Below are positions 36,390-43,915 of a stretch of 64,000 nt of DNA, one piece after another. The stretch lies in the NCBI GenBank assembly GCA_028717225.1, contig JAQUOF010000001.1:30322-94321 (forward strand). The letters are read 5' to 3'. Every line of letters starts with the position of its first letter. The stretch's first letter is position 1. The DNA comes from Patescibacteria group bacterium. GTDB taxonomy: Bacteria; Patescibacteriota; Patescibacteriia; UBA2591; JAQUPP01. The position numbers and the translations under genes were made by a program. The notes below the pieces were generated by a model. That model was not told the origin of the DNA. It saw only the letters and a program-made list of their open reading frames with translations, and made no database searches.

Positions 36390-39038
36390 ATGGAAAAGAA
36401 ATTTATTTATTTTTTCAGCAAAAATGAGACCGATGGCAACGGCCAAATGAAAAATTTACTCGGCGGCAAGGGAGCCGGATTGGCGGAAATGTCTAAAAAC
36501 GGCATCCCGATCCCCCCTGGTTTTACAATCACAACCGAGGTTTGCTGCTATTTTTACGAGCACAAAGAAAAACTGCCTCCTGATTTTAAAAAACAATTTG
36601 AAAAATCTCTTAAAAAATTAGAAAAGGCAACCAATAAAAAATTCGGCGACCCGATTGAGCCCTTACTTCTTTCAGTCAGAAGCGGGGCGAAATTTTCCAT
36701 GCCCGGAATGATGGATACAATTTTAAATTTGGGACTTTCTTTAAAAACCATTCCCGGCTTGATTCAAAAAACAAAAAATCCGCGCTTTGTTTATGACGCT
36801 TATCGCCGTTTTATCCAAATGTTTGGTAATGTTGTTTTGGAAATCAATAAAGAAGAATTTGAAGATATTTTAAACAAGAAAAAAGAAGAACTCGGCGTAA
36901 AATTTGACACCGAACTCAGGGAAGAAGATCTTAAATCTTTAATCGCGAAATATAAAAAATTCATTCACGAAAAAATCGGCCGCGAATTTCCCGACGATCC
37001 GTTTAAACAATTGGAAATGGCGGAAATGGCAGTTTTTAAAAGTTGGAATAATCCGCGAGCCGCCACTTACCGCAGATTAAACAAAATTCCGGATAATTTG
37101 GGCACAGCCGTGAATATTCAGTCCATGGTTTTCGGCAACCTGGGCGAAAATTGCGGTACTGGCGTAGGTTTTACGCGTAACCCCTCAACCGGCGAGAAAA
37201 AAATTTATGGAGAATATTTGATTAATGCTCAAGGCGAAGATGTTGTAGCCGGAGTCAGAACGCCCAAACCGATTGAAGAACTTAAAAAAGAAATGCCGAA
37301 AGTTTATGATGAATTGAAAAAAATAGTTATGCGTCTTGAAAAACATTGGAAAGACGTACAGGATTTTGAATTTACGATTGAACAAGGAAAACTTTATATG
37401 CTTCAAACTCGAACCGGCAAACGAACCACTCAAGCGGCGATAAAAATCGCCGTGGATATGGTTAAAGAAAAATTAATTTCCAAAGAAGAAGCTTTGATGC
37501 GCCTTGAACCGGAACAAATTAATCAACTGCTTCACCCGATTATTGACCCGAAAGCGAAAATAGAAATAATTACTCAAGGACTTCCCGCTTCTCCTGGCGC
37601 GGCTATTGGAAAAGTTGTTTTTAACGCGGACGAAGCGGTTATTTTAAGCAAAACGGAAAAAGTGATTTTGGTTCGCGCTGAAACTTGTCCGGATGACATT
37701 CACGGAATCAATGCGGCTGAAGGAATTTTGACTTCTCGCGGCGGAATGACATCGCACGCTGCGGTTGTAGCCAGAGGAATGGGAAAATGCGCCGTGGTTG
37801 GCTGCGAAGAAATTAAAATAGACGAAAAAAATAAACAATTTTCCACCAAAAAAATAACAATTAAAGAAGGAGATTGGATTTCTCTTGACGGATCAACCGG
37901 CCGGGTAATTTTGGGCAAAATGGCGAGAATTGAACCGAAATTAAGCAAAGAATTCGCTGAATTTATGAATTGGGCTGATAAAATCCGAACATTAAAAATC
38001 AGAACCAATGCCGATATTCCTCGCGATGCCAAAGTCGCCCGCCAATTCGGCGCCGAAGGCATCGGCCTTTGCCGAACCGAACATATGTTTTTTGCCAAAG
38101 AACGTTTGCCTTTGATGCAAAAAATGATTTTAGCCGACGATTTAACCGGCCGAAATGAAGTTTTAAATAAATTGTTTGTTTTCCAAAAAGAAGATTTCAA
38201 AGGCCTTTTCAGAGAAATGAAAGGATTCCAAGTAACGATCAGATTTTTAGATCCCCCGCTTCACGAATTCTTGCCGAAAACAGAAAAAGAATCTTTTGAA
38301 CTTTCCGAAAAAATCAACGTGCCCGGAGAAAAAATTTGGCAAAAATCTTGCGAACTTCACGAAACAAATCCGATGCTGGGTCATCGCGGATGCCGCTTGG
38401 GTATTACTTACCCTGAAATAACCGAAATGCAAACACGAGCCATTATTTCCGCGGCTTGCGAATTGGCCAAAGAAAAAATAAAAATAGTTCCGGAAATAAT
38501 GATTCCTTTGGTCGGACATGTTAATGAATTGAAAGACCAAAAAAATGTCGTCATAAATACGGCGGCTGAAACAATGAAAAAATATAAAGTAAAAATTGAA
38601 TATTTGGTCGGCACGATGATTGAAGTTCCGAGAGCCGCTTTGGTGGCTGACGAAATTGCAGTTGAAGCAAAATTTTTCTCGTTCGGTACCAATGATTTGA
38701 CTCAAATGGGCATGGGATTTTCTCGAGATGATGCCGGAAAATTCATTAAAATATATTTAGATAAAAAAATACTCAAAGATGATCCGTTTAAAACTTTGGA
38801 TCAAGAAGGCATCGGACAACTGATAACAATAGCCATTAAAAAAGGAAGAAGCGTCCGACCTGATTTGAAAATCGGAATTTGCGGCGAACATGGCGGAGAC
38901 CCGGAGAGCATAAAATTTTGCCACAAAAGCGGATTTAATTATGTAAGCTGTTCCCCTTATCGAGTGCCTATTGCCAGACTTTCCGCTGCCCAAGCCGTTA
39001 TTTTGGACAAGAAACAAATTGAATATACCTCTAAATAA
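36390..39038 (+). CDS. ppdK: Pyruvate, phosphate dikinase
   Basis: ATP-grasp N-domain (GGKGAGLAEMSKNGIPIPPGFTITT), phospho-His domain (TSRGGMTSHAAVVARGMGK), PEP-utilising C-domain with catalytic Cys (GICGEHGGDP); 882 aa. Confidence 0.95.
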   Translation: MEKKFIYFFSKNETDGNGQMKNLLGGKGAGLAEMSKNGIPIPPGFTITTEVCCYFYEHKEKLPPDFKKQFEKSLKKLEKATNKKFGDPIEPLLLSVRSGAKFSMPGMMDTILNLGLSLKTIPGLIQKTKNPRFVYDAYRRFIQMFGNVVLEINKEEFEDILNKKKEELGVKFDTELREEDLKSLIAKYKKFIHEKIGREFPDDPFKQLEMAEMAVFKSWNNPRAATYRRLNKIPDNLGTAVNIQSMVFGNLGENCGTGVGFTRNPSTGEKKIYGEYLINAQGEDVVAGVRTPKPIEELKKEMPKVYDELKKIVMRLEKHWKDVQDFEFTIEQGKLYMLQTRTGKRTTQAAIKIAVDMVKEKLISKEEALMRLEPEQINQLLHPIIDPKAKIEIITQGLPASPGAAIGKVVFNADEAVILSKTEKVILVRAETCPDDIHGINAAEGILTSRGGMTSHAAVVARGMGKCAVVGCEEIKIDEKNKQFSTKKITIKEGDWISLDGSTGRVILGKMARIEPKLSKEFAEFMNWADKIRTLKIRTNADIPRDAKVARQFGAEGIGLCRTEHMFFAKERLPLMQKMILADDLTGRNEVLNKLFVFQKEDFKGLFREMKGFQVTIRFLDPPLHEFLPKTEKESFELSEKINVPGEKIWQKSCELHETNPMLGHRGCRLGITYPEITEMQTRAIISAACELAKEKIKIVPEIMIPLVGHVNELKDQKNVVINTAAETMKKYKVKIEYLVGTMIEVPRAALVADEIAVEAKFFSFGTNDLTQMGMGFSRDDAGKFIKIYLDKKILKDDPFKTLDQEGIGQLITIAIKKGRSVRPDLKIGICGEHGGDPESIKFCHKSGFNYVSCSPYRVPIARLSAAQAVILDKKQIEYTSK

Positions 39039-39046
39039 TAAAAAAT

Positions 39047-40042
39047 ATGGCAAAAAAAATTAAGGCGATCGGACTTTTTTCCGGCGGATTGGATTCTATT
39101 CTATCGGCAAAACTATTGCAAAAACAAGGCATTAAAGTAATTTGCCTTAATGTTGAAATCCCATTTATTCCCGAAGATAAAAAAAATAATCTTAAAACAA
39201 CCACTAAACGATTAAAAATCCCTTTAAAAACCATAAAAGTCGGGGCTGATTATTTAAAAATGGTTAGAAATCCGAAATATCATTACGGTTCGGCGATTAA
39301 TCCTTGCATTGATTGCCGAATTTTTATTTTAAAAAAAGCCAAGCAATTGGCTAAAAAAACAGGGGCAAAATTTATTTTTACCGGTGAAATTTTGGGCCAG
39401 CGGCCAATGTCTCAGCACCGCGAAGCCATGGAATTAGTGGAAAAACAAACCAAATTAAAAGGAAAATTATTGCGTCCCCTGTCCGCCAAATTGCTTCCTG
39501 AAACCGAAGCGGAAAAAATGGGCTGGGTCAAAAGAGATAATCTTTTGGATATTTCCGGCCGATCCCGCCAACGCCAATTATTATTGGCCAAAAAATGGGG
39601 AATTAAAAATTTCCCTACCCCGGCCGGCGGCTGCCTTTTAACTGACAAAAGTTTTGCCAAAAGACTTCAAGATTTATTCAATCAAAATAAAAAAATCAAT
39701 GACACTGACATTTCGCTTTTAAAAATCGGCAGACATTGGCGAATTGATAAAAATAAAATCATTATCGGCCGCAATTTTGAAGAAAATAAAAAAATAAAGA
39801 CCTTAAAAAGCCCCAAAGATTATTATTTTGAAACCGCCAAATATCCTGGCCCAACCGGCCTTTTAATCGGTCCGGCTGGTCAAAAAGCCATTACTTTAGC
39901 AGCTGCTTTAACTGCCGCCTTTTCCGATACCCCTGATGAAAAAGCCATAGTCAAATACGGACAAAAAAAATTATCTCAACAAATTATTATCAACCAGCCA
40001 AAAAATTATTTAGAACAATTAGCTACATCCCGTATTATTTAA
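39047..40042 (+). CDS. PP-loop superfamily ATP pyrophosphatase with Cys cluster (tRNA thiolation / QueC-like family, exact function unassigned)
   Basis: SGGLDS PP-loop motif at the N-terminus; NPCIDCR plus further Cys; 331 aa. Confidence 0.55.
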   Translation: MAKKIKAIGLFSGGLDSILSAKLLQKQGIKVICLNVEIPFIPEDKKNNLKTTTKRLKIPLKTIKVGADYLKMVRNPKYHYGSAINPCIDCRIFILKKAKQLAKKTGAKFIFTGEILGQRPMSQHREAMELVEKQTKLKGKLLRPLSAKLLPETEAEKMGWVKRDNLLDISGRSRQRQLLLAKKWGIKNFPTPAGGCLLTDKSFAKRLQDLFNQNKKINDTDISLLKIGRHWRIDKNKIIIGRNFEENKKIKTLKSPKDYYFETAKYPGPTGLLIGPAGQKAITLAAALTAAFSDTPDEKAIVKYGQKKLSQQIIINQPKNYLEQLATSRII

Positions 40043-40061
40043 TTAAAAAAATAAAAAGAAA

Positions 40062-40090
40062 ATAGGCGTATGTATAACATACGCCTATTA
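40062..40090. terminator. Bidirectional terminator hairpin
   Basis: ATAGGCGTATGT-ATAA-ACATACGCCTAT perfect 12-bp stem between convergent genes. Confidence 0.7.
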
Positions 40091-40107
40091 ATTTATCAAA
40101 AAATGTC

Positions 40108-41076
40108 TTAATTCTGATCTTCTTTAGGCTTAAGAGCTTCTGTAAGTATTTTTCTGAGAACCTCCTCTACTTTCTGCGGATCTACTACAAGATGAAGATT
40201 TTTTTGGGCATCCCCAACAAAATTACCCAAAGGTAATCGTAATGATGGGACCTTTTCTACATAAGGGTGTTCAAGGTGTCTATCAAAAACAAAATATGTT
40301 TTACTAGATCTTAAATCTGAAATCTCTTGCTCGGAAAATTTTTTAGGTAAATCCTCAATAATTTTGACCTTAGAAATTCCTACGTCATCAAAAACCTTTT
40401 TCATATTTTCGGCCAATTCTTGAATAACATTATTTCGATCGTCTCCTTCTTCCGACAAGTATTTCAGTTGCCAATAATGGTCTAATAAACTAACTTTGCC
40501 GCTTTTTCCTGTGACAAGAATAAATTTTAATTCTTTTCTTTGTTTTTCGGGAAGATTACTTAATACTTGCCTGTATTGGTTGCTCAACGCCACTGAATAT
40601 TCTTTTCTTTTTTCAAAAAATTTTTCTCTATTTATTCTTGGTAACTTCCATTCGTAGCGTTCTTCAAAATCAACTTTCATACCTTCCGCATCCATCATAT
40701 TCATATGGTACACATCGTCTTCGGTAGGGTCCCCCTCTACACTTGCTCTTACTGTGTTTCTTATTAACTCATCTAAGTTCAACTTAAACTCTTTGTTAGT
40801 ACATCCTATCCCACTTTCAAATACAGTACCGTCACATAAGACATCTTTAGATTTTAACGATTTTGAATTTTCTTGAATCCATTTTTTAATTTCTTCCTCA
40901 GGAGTTCCGGCCGGAAAAGCTTGAATTTCTACAGAATGGCCAAGTTCTTCAATAATCTTAGCAATTTTTGGTATCCATATTTCAAATAAAGAATTATTTC
41001 TATACACCAAAAATTGCGGGGTTAATTTTTCTCCCTCTTTTTTTTCTTGCGAAGGAATTTCTATTCTTCTTTCCAT
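40108..41076 (-). CDS. Hypothetical protein (322 aa), isolated between a terminator and an AT-rich promoter region
   Basis: No recognisable motifs; codon usage appears more A/T-biased (AGA/GGA-rich) than neighbouring housekeeping genes. Confidence 0.5.
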   Translation of the reverse strand: MERRIEIPSQEKKEGEKLTPQFLVYRNNSLFEIWIPKIAKIIEELGHSVEIQAFPAGTPEEEIKKWIQENSKSLKSKDVLCDGTVFESGIGCTNKEFKLNLDELIRNTVRASVEGDPTEDDVYHMNMMDAEGMKVDFEERYEWKLPRINREKFFEKRKEYSVALSNQYRQVLSNLPEKQRKELKFILVTGKSGKVSLLDHYWQLKYLSEEGDDRNNVIQELAENMKKVFDDVGISKVKIIEDLPKKFSEQEISDLRSSKTYFVFDRHLEHPYVEKVPSLRLPLGNFVGDAQKNLHLVVDPQKVEEVLRKILTEALKPKEDQN

Positions 41077-41225
41077 GATATTACCTCCTTATAAGGTTTA
41101 TATTTACGACCTTTTTATTATTACATTTTATAATCTAAATATAACATAATTTTTCAAAAATGTCAATCTCATAAAAAAATGTTTTTTGATTAGCGTTTTC
41201 TTTTTATTTATGTATAATATATTTT

Positions 41226-41621
41226 ATGCACGAGTGGTCATTAGCTCAGGCCGTTGTTTATTCGGCCATAAAATATCAAAAAAATAATAAACTGAAAAAA
41301 ATTACGGAAATTAATTTAAAAATAGGCGAACTGCAACAAATAGACAGGGATATTTTTAAGTTTTCTCTGAAACAAATCAGCCGGCTTAAAAAAATAACTG
41401 CAAAAATCAAAATTAAAACCGAAAAGGCGATTTTAAAATGCCGCATTTGCCAGCATCAATGGAGTTTTAGTAAAATCCTCAAAAAACTCAATAAAAATGA
41501 AGCCGAATATATCCATTTTATCCCCGAAATCGCCCATACTTATCTCAGGTGTCCAAAATGCAAAAGCCCGGATTTTAAAATTATCAAAGGCCGGGGCGTT
41601 TGGATAGATTCTATTAAATAA
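41226..41621 (+). CDS. hypA: HypA/HybF-like nickel-insertion metallochaperone (zinc-finger)
   Basis: N-terminal MHEWSLAQ (HypA MHE Ni-binding motif); two CxxC pairs (CRICQH...CPKCKS); ~131 aa. Confidence 0.8.
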   Translation: MHEWSLAQAVVYSAIKYQKNNKLKKITEINLKIGELQQIDRDIFKFSLKQISRLKKITAKIKIKTEKAILKCRICQHQWSFSKILKKLNKNEAEYIHFIPEIAHTYLRCPKCKSPDFKIIKGRGVWIDSIK

Positions 41622-41626
41622 AATTT

Positions 41627-42370
41627 ATGGATCCGCGACCAAATATCATTAATCAAAGATTAAAAAATATTAAAACCATTATTGCTGTTTCCGGAGGTAA
41701 AGGAGGAATCGGCAAAAGCTCAATTGCCTCGGTTTTGGCGTTAAATTTGGCTAAAAATGGCTTAAAAACAGGCCTTTTAGACCTGGACTTTTGCGGACCC
41801 TCAACTCATACCATTTTGGGAATCAATAACCTCTTTCCCAAAGAAGATAAAGGAATTATCCCGCCCGAATTTGAAGGCCTGAAATTTATGTCCATTATTT
41901 ACTATACTGGCAAAAAACCGGCGCTTTTGCGAGGAGAAGACATTTCCAATATCATTTTGGAATTACTGACTATCACCCAATGGGGCGATTTGGACTTTTT
42001 GGTTATTGATATGCCACCGGGCATTGGCGACGCGGCTCTGGATATTTTAAAACTGGTTAAAAAGACCAAGTTTTTGATTGTCGCCACCCCATCCAAGACC
42101 ACCATGGAAACGGTTAATAAAAATATAAAAATGTTAAAAGAACTGAAAGCGCCGATTTTGGGCATTATTGAAAATTACCAATCTCACCAATTTCTTAAAA
42201 CAAAAACCGAGAGTAAAATTTCCGGCGTTCCAATTTTGGGTAAAATAAATTTTGATAAAAAATTTGAATCAGCCATTGGTAATACTGATAAACTTTTGAA
42301 AACTGATTTTAGTCGAGATTTACTGAAAATTATTCAAAAAGCTATTTTACGACACAAGAATACTGCTTAA
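41627..42370 (+). CDS. Mrp/MinD-family P-loop ATPase (candidate ATPase-type HypB partner of HypA); lacks the ApbC CxxC Fe-S motif
   Basis: Deviant Walker A VSGGKGGIGKSS, DLDFCGPS, DMPPGIGD motifs; 6 bp downstream of hypA. Confidence 0.75.
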   Translation: MDPRPNIINQRLKNIKTIIAVSGGKGGIGKSSIASVLALNLAKNGLKTGLLDLDFCGPSTHTILGINNLFPKEDKGIIPPEFEGLKFMSIIYYTGKKPALLRGEDISNIILELLTITQWGDLDFLVIDMPPGIGDAALDILKLVKKTKFLIVATPSKTTMETVNKNIKMLKELKAPILGIIENYQSHQFLKTKTESKISGVPILGKINFDKKFESAIGNTDKLLKTDFSRDLLKIIQKAILRHKNTA

Positions 42371-42418
42371 ATAATAATAAAAAGTTATTTTATTAAAAAT
42401 AATAACCAATTTTAAAAC

Positions 42419-42442
42419 AAATTGTTCCACGTGGAACAATTT
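42419..42442. promoter_or_regulatory. Perfect 24-bp palindrome AAATTGTTCCACGTGGAACAATTT (core shared with 43261-43292) just upstream of the radical-SAM SPL-like gene
   Basis: Perfect dyad with a CACGTG centre; lies 16 bp before the likely ATG at 42458. Confidence 0.6.
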
Positions 42443-42457
42443 TATCATAATAAACCA

Positions 42458-43255
42458 ATGACTATTAAACTTATTCAAGCTAAATCTATTCTTAACCAGT
42501 CTAAAGCTTTTCAAAGTTATACCTTAAACCCTTATTCCGGCTGCCCTCATGGCTGCGTTTATTGCTATAACCTCCAATTCATTCAACAGTTTAAGCCTGA
42601 TCAAAAATGGGGTCAATTTATGGAGGTTAAAATTAACGCCCCGGAGGTCTTAGAGAAAGAAGTTGTGCGAAAGCCCAAAAACGAGGTATTCTTCTCAACT
42701 ATTACTGACGCCTATAATCCTTTAGAACAAAAATACCAAATTACCCAAAAATGCCTCAAAATCCTATTAGAACACCAATGGCCGGTTAATATCCTGACCA
42801 AGTCTGACCTTGTTCTGCGAGATCTTGAATTAATCAAAAGTTTTAAGCAAAAAGAGGTTGGATTTAGCCTAATTAACCTTGATCCCAAAATAGCCAAGAT
42901 TTTAGAGCCGGGTGCCAGTTTACCGGAAAAAAAACTTTTAGCCCTCCAAACTCTTCATCAAGCCGGCATTCCAACTTATACCTTTATCGGACCGATTATT
43001 CCGTATTTAACCGACTTACCGCTTATCTTTAAAAACCTGGTTGGTAAGGTAGACAAAGTCTTATTAGACACTTTCAATACCGCGCCGGCTAATTGGCAAA
43101 ACTTTAAAAATGCCCTTGAGCCGAATTTCCCTGAATTAATACCAAAATGCCAAGAGCTCTTGTTTCAAAAAAGGCGAATTTATGAAAATAATCTTCACCA
43201 AGAAATCTTAAAATTAAGCCAGCAATTTCATTTACCGATTAAAATTTGTTTTTAA
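42458..43255 (+). CDS. Radical SAM protein, spore-photoproduct-lyase / DNA-repair-photolyase (SplB, COG1533) family
   Basis: NPYSGCPHGCVYCY (CxxxCxxC embedded in the family-specific NPYxGCxHxCxYCY motif); start placed at the internal Met because the tracked start at 42422 lies inside the palindrome. Confidence 0.75.
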   Translation: MTIKLIQAKSILNQSKAFQSYTLNPYSGCPHGCVYCYNLQFIQQFKPDQKWGQFMEVKINAPEVLEKEVVRKPKNEVFFSTITDAYNPLEQKYQITQKCLKILLEHQWPVNILTKSDLVLRDLELIKSFKQKEVGFSLINLDPKIAKILEPGASLPEKKLLALQTLHQAGIPTYTFIGPIIPYLTDLPLIFKNLVGKVDKVLLDTFNTAPANWQNFKNALEPNFPELIPKCQELLFQKRRIYENNLHQEILKLSQQFHLPIKICF

Positions 43256-43260
43256 AGCCA

Positions 43261-43292
43261 AACTTAATTGTTCCACGTGGAACAATTAAGTT
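43261..43292. repeat. Perfect 32-bp palindrome AACTTAATTGTTCCACGTGGAACAATTAAGTT immediately after the SPL-like gene
   Basis: Shares the 22-bp core AATTGTTCCACGTGGAACAATT with the site at 42419-42442; the two copies bracket the gene. Confidence 0.6.
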
Positions 43293-43397
43293 AATAATTT
43301 CTAAAAATAATCTTATATCTAATAAACAAAAGCTCTTTATGTGTCGTAAAACAGAAAAGACCAGCCCTATTTAGAGTTGGTCTTTTGATTTCTTTTT

Positions 43398-43571
43398 TTA
43401 TCCTACTGCTTTCCAGAACAAAAGCATGCCAACAGAAAATAAAAAATACCCAGCTACTATCCCTATTTTTTTTAATAATTTATATTTTTTTCTTCTCCGT
43501 TGAGAATTAAAACTTGTTGCCAATATCCACATTCCTATTACTATAACAATAATAGAACGAAGAATATACAT
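43398..43571 (-). CDS. Small (57 aa) two-TM membrane protein, below the ORF-track size cutoff
   Basis: Strong SD (AGGGGGAAATAATG), upstream GGGGTTGACG-N17-TTTAAAT promoter, downstream hairpin; translated by eye. Confidence 0.35.
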   Translation of the reverse strand: MYILRSIIVIVIGMWILATSFNSQRRRKKYKLLKKIGIVAGYFLFSVGMLLFWKAVG

Positions 43572-43645
43572 TATTTCCCCCTATTTTTATTTTAAAGTTC
43601 GGTTTGTATTTGACTGTCATTATTTAAACATATTTTAAAGGTTTC

Positions 43646-43770
43646 GTCAACCCCCACACCAAACTTAGCGTTTGATTTACGTATCGCAAAAATCAGAAGG
43701 CGAAGCCGCTTCGCTTTTATCCCCTTATAAAAAAAGCCTCGCATTGAGTTGTGGTGTGGGGGTCAACCCC
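43646..43770. mobile_element. MITE-like composite inverted-repeat element (GTCAACCCCCACACC ... GGTGTGGGGGTCAACCCC) carrying an outward promoter; paralog of 61814..61963
   Basis: Terminal inverted repeats CCCCCACACC/GGTGTGGGGG with GTCAACCCC at both ends; internal GC hairpin GCGAAGC-C-GCTTCGC; sits in a divergent intergenic region. Confidence 0.45.
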
Positions 43771-43784
43771 TTTTATTTTTATTC

Positions 43785-43812
43785 TTGACAAAACCGCAAA
43801 ATTTGTTATTCT
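43785..43812 (+). promoter_or_regulatory. Sigma70-like promoter for the PQQ-repeat protein gene
   Basis: TTGACA (43785-43790), 16-bp spacer, TATTCT; lies inside the over-extended tracked ORF, supporting the downstream start. Confidence 0.5.
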
Positions 43813-43842
43813 GGTAAATAGTTATTTAAAAAATTCGCCTGC

Positions 43843-43858
43843 TCCGCCAGCTGGCGGA
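43843..43858. repeat. Palindromic element copy (TCCGCCAGCTGGCGGA) in the 5' UTR of the PQQ-repeat gene
   Basis: Same 16-mer as the other five copies; located between the promoter and the SD (AAAGGAGG) of the ATG at 43916. Confidence 0.8.
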
Positions 43859-43915
43859 TACGGCGTGACAAATCCGCCTAAGCTCAAGAAGCTACGGCGT
43901 AATAAAGGAGGAAGA

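Noticed and set aside
42422-42457. Tracked start of the SPL-like radical-SAM gene at 42422 (MFHVEQFYHNKP...)
   Set aside because: Those codons are the 24-bp palindrome itself. The Met at 42458 (MTIKLIQ...) follows the palindrome and gives a conventional N-terminus.
43751-43915. Upstream extension of the PQQ-repeat gene as tracked (start 43751)
   Set aside because: The extension would place 55 residues ahead of a textbook signal peptide. The region contains a TTGACA-N16-TATTCT promoter and an AAAGGAGG SD immediately before the internal ATG at 43916.
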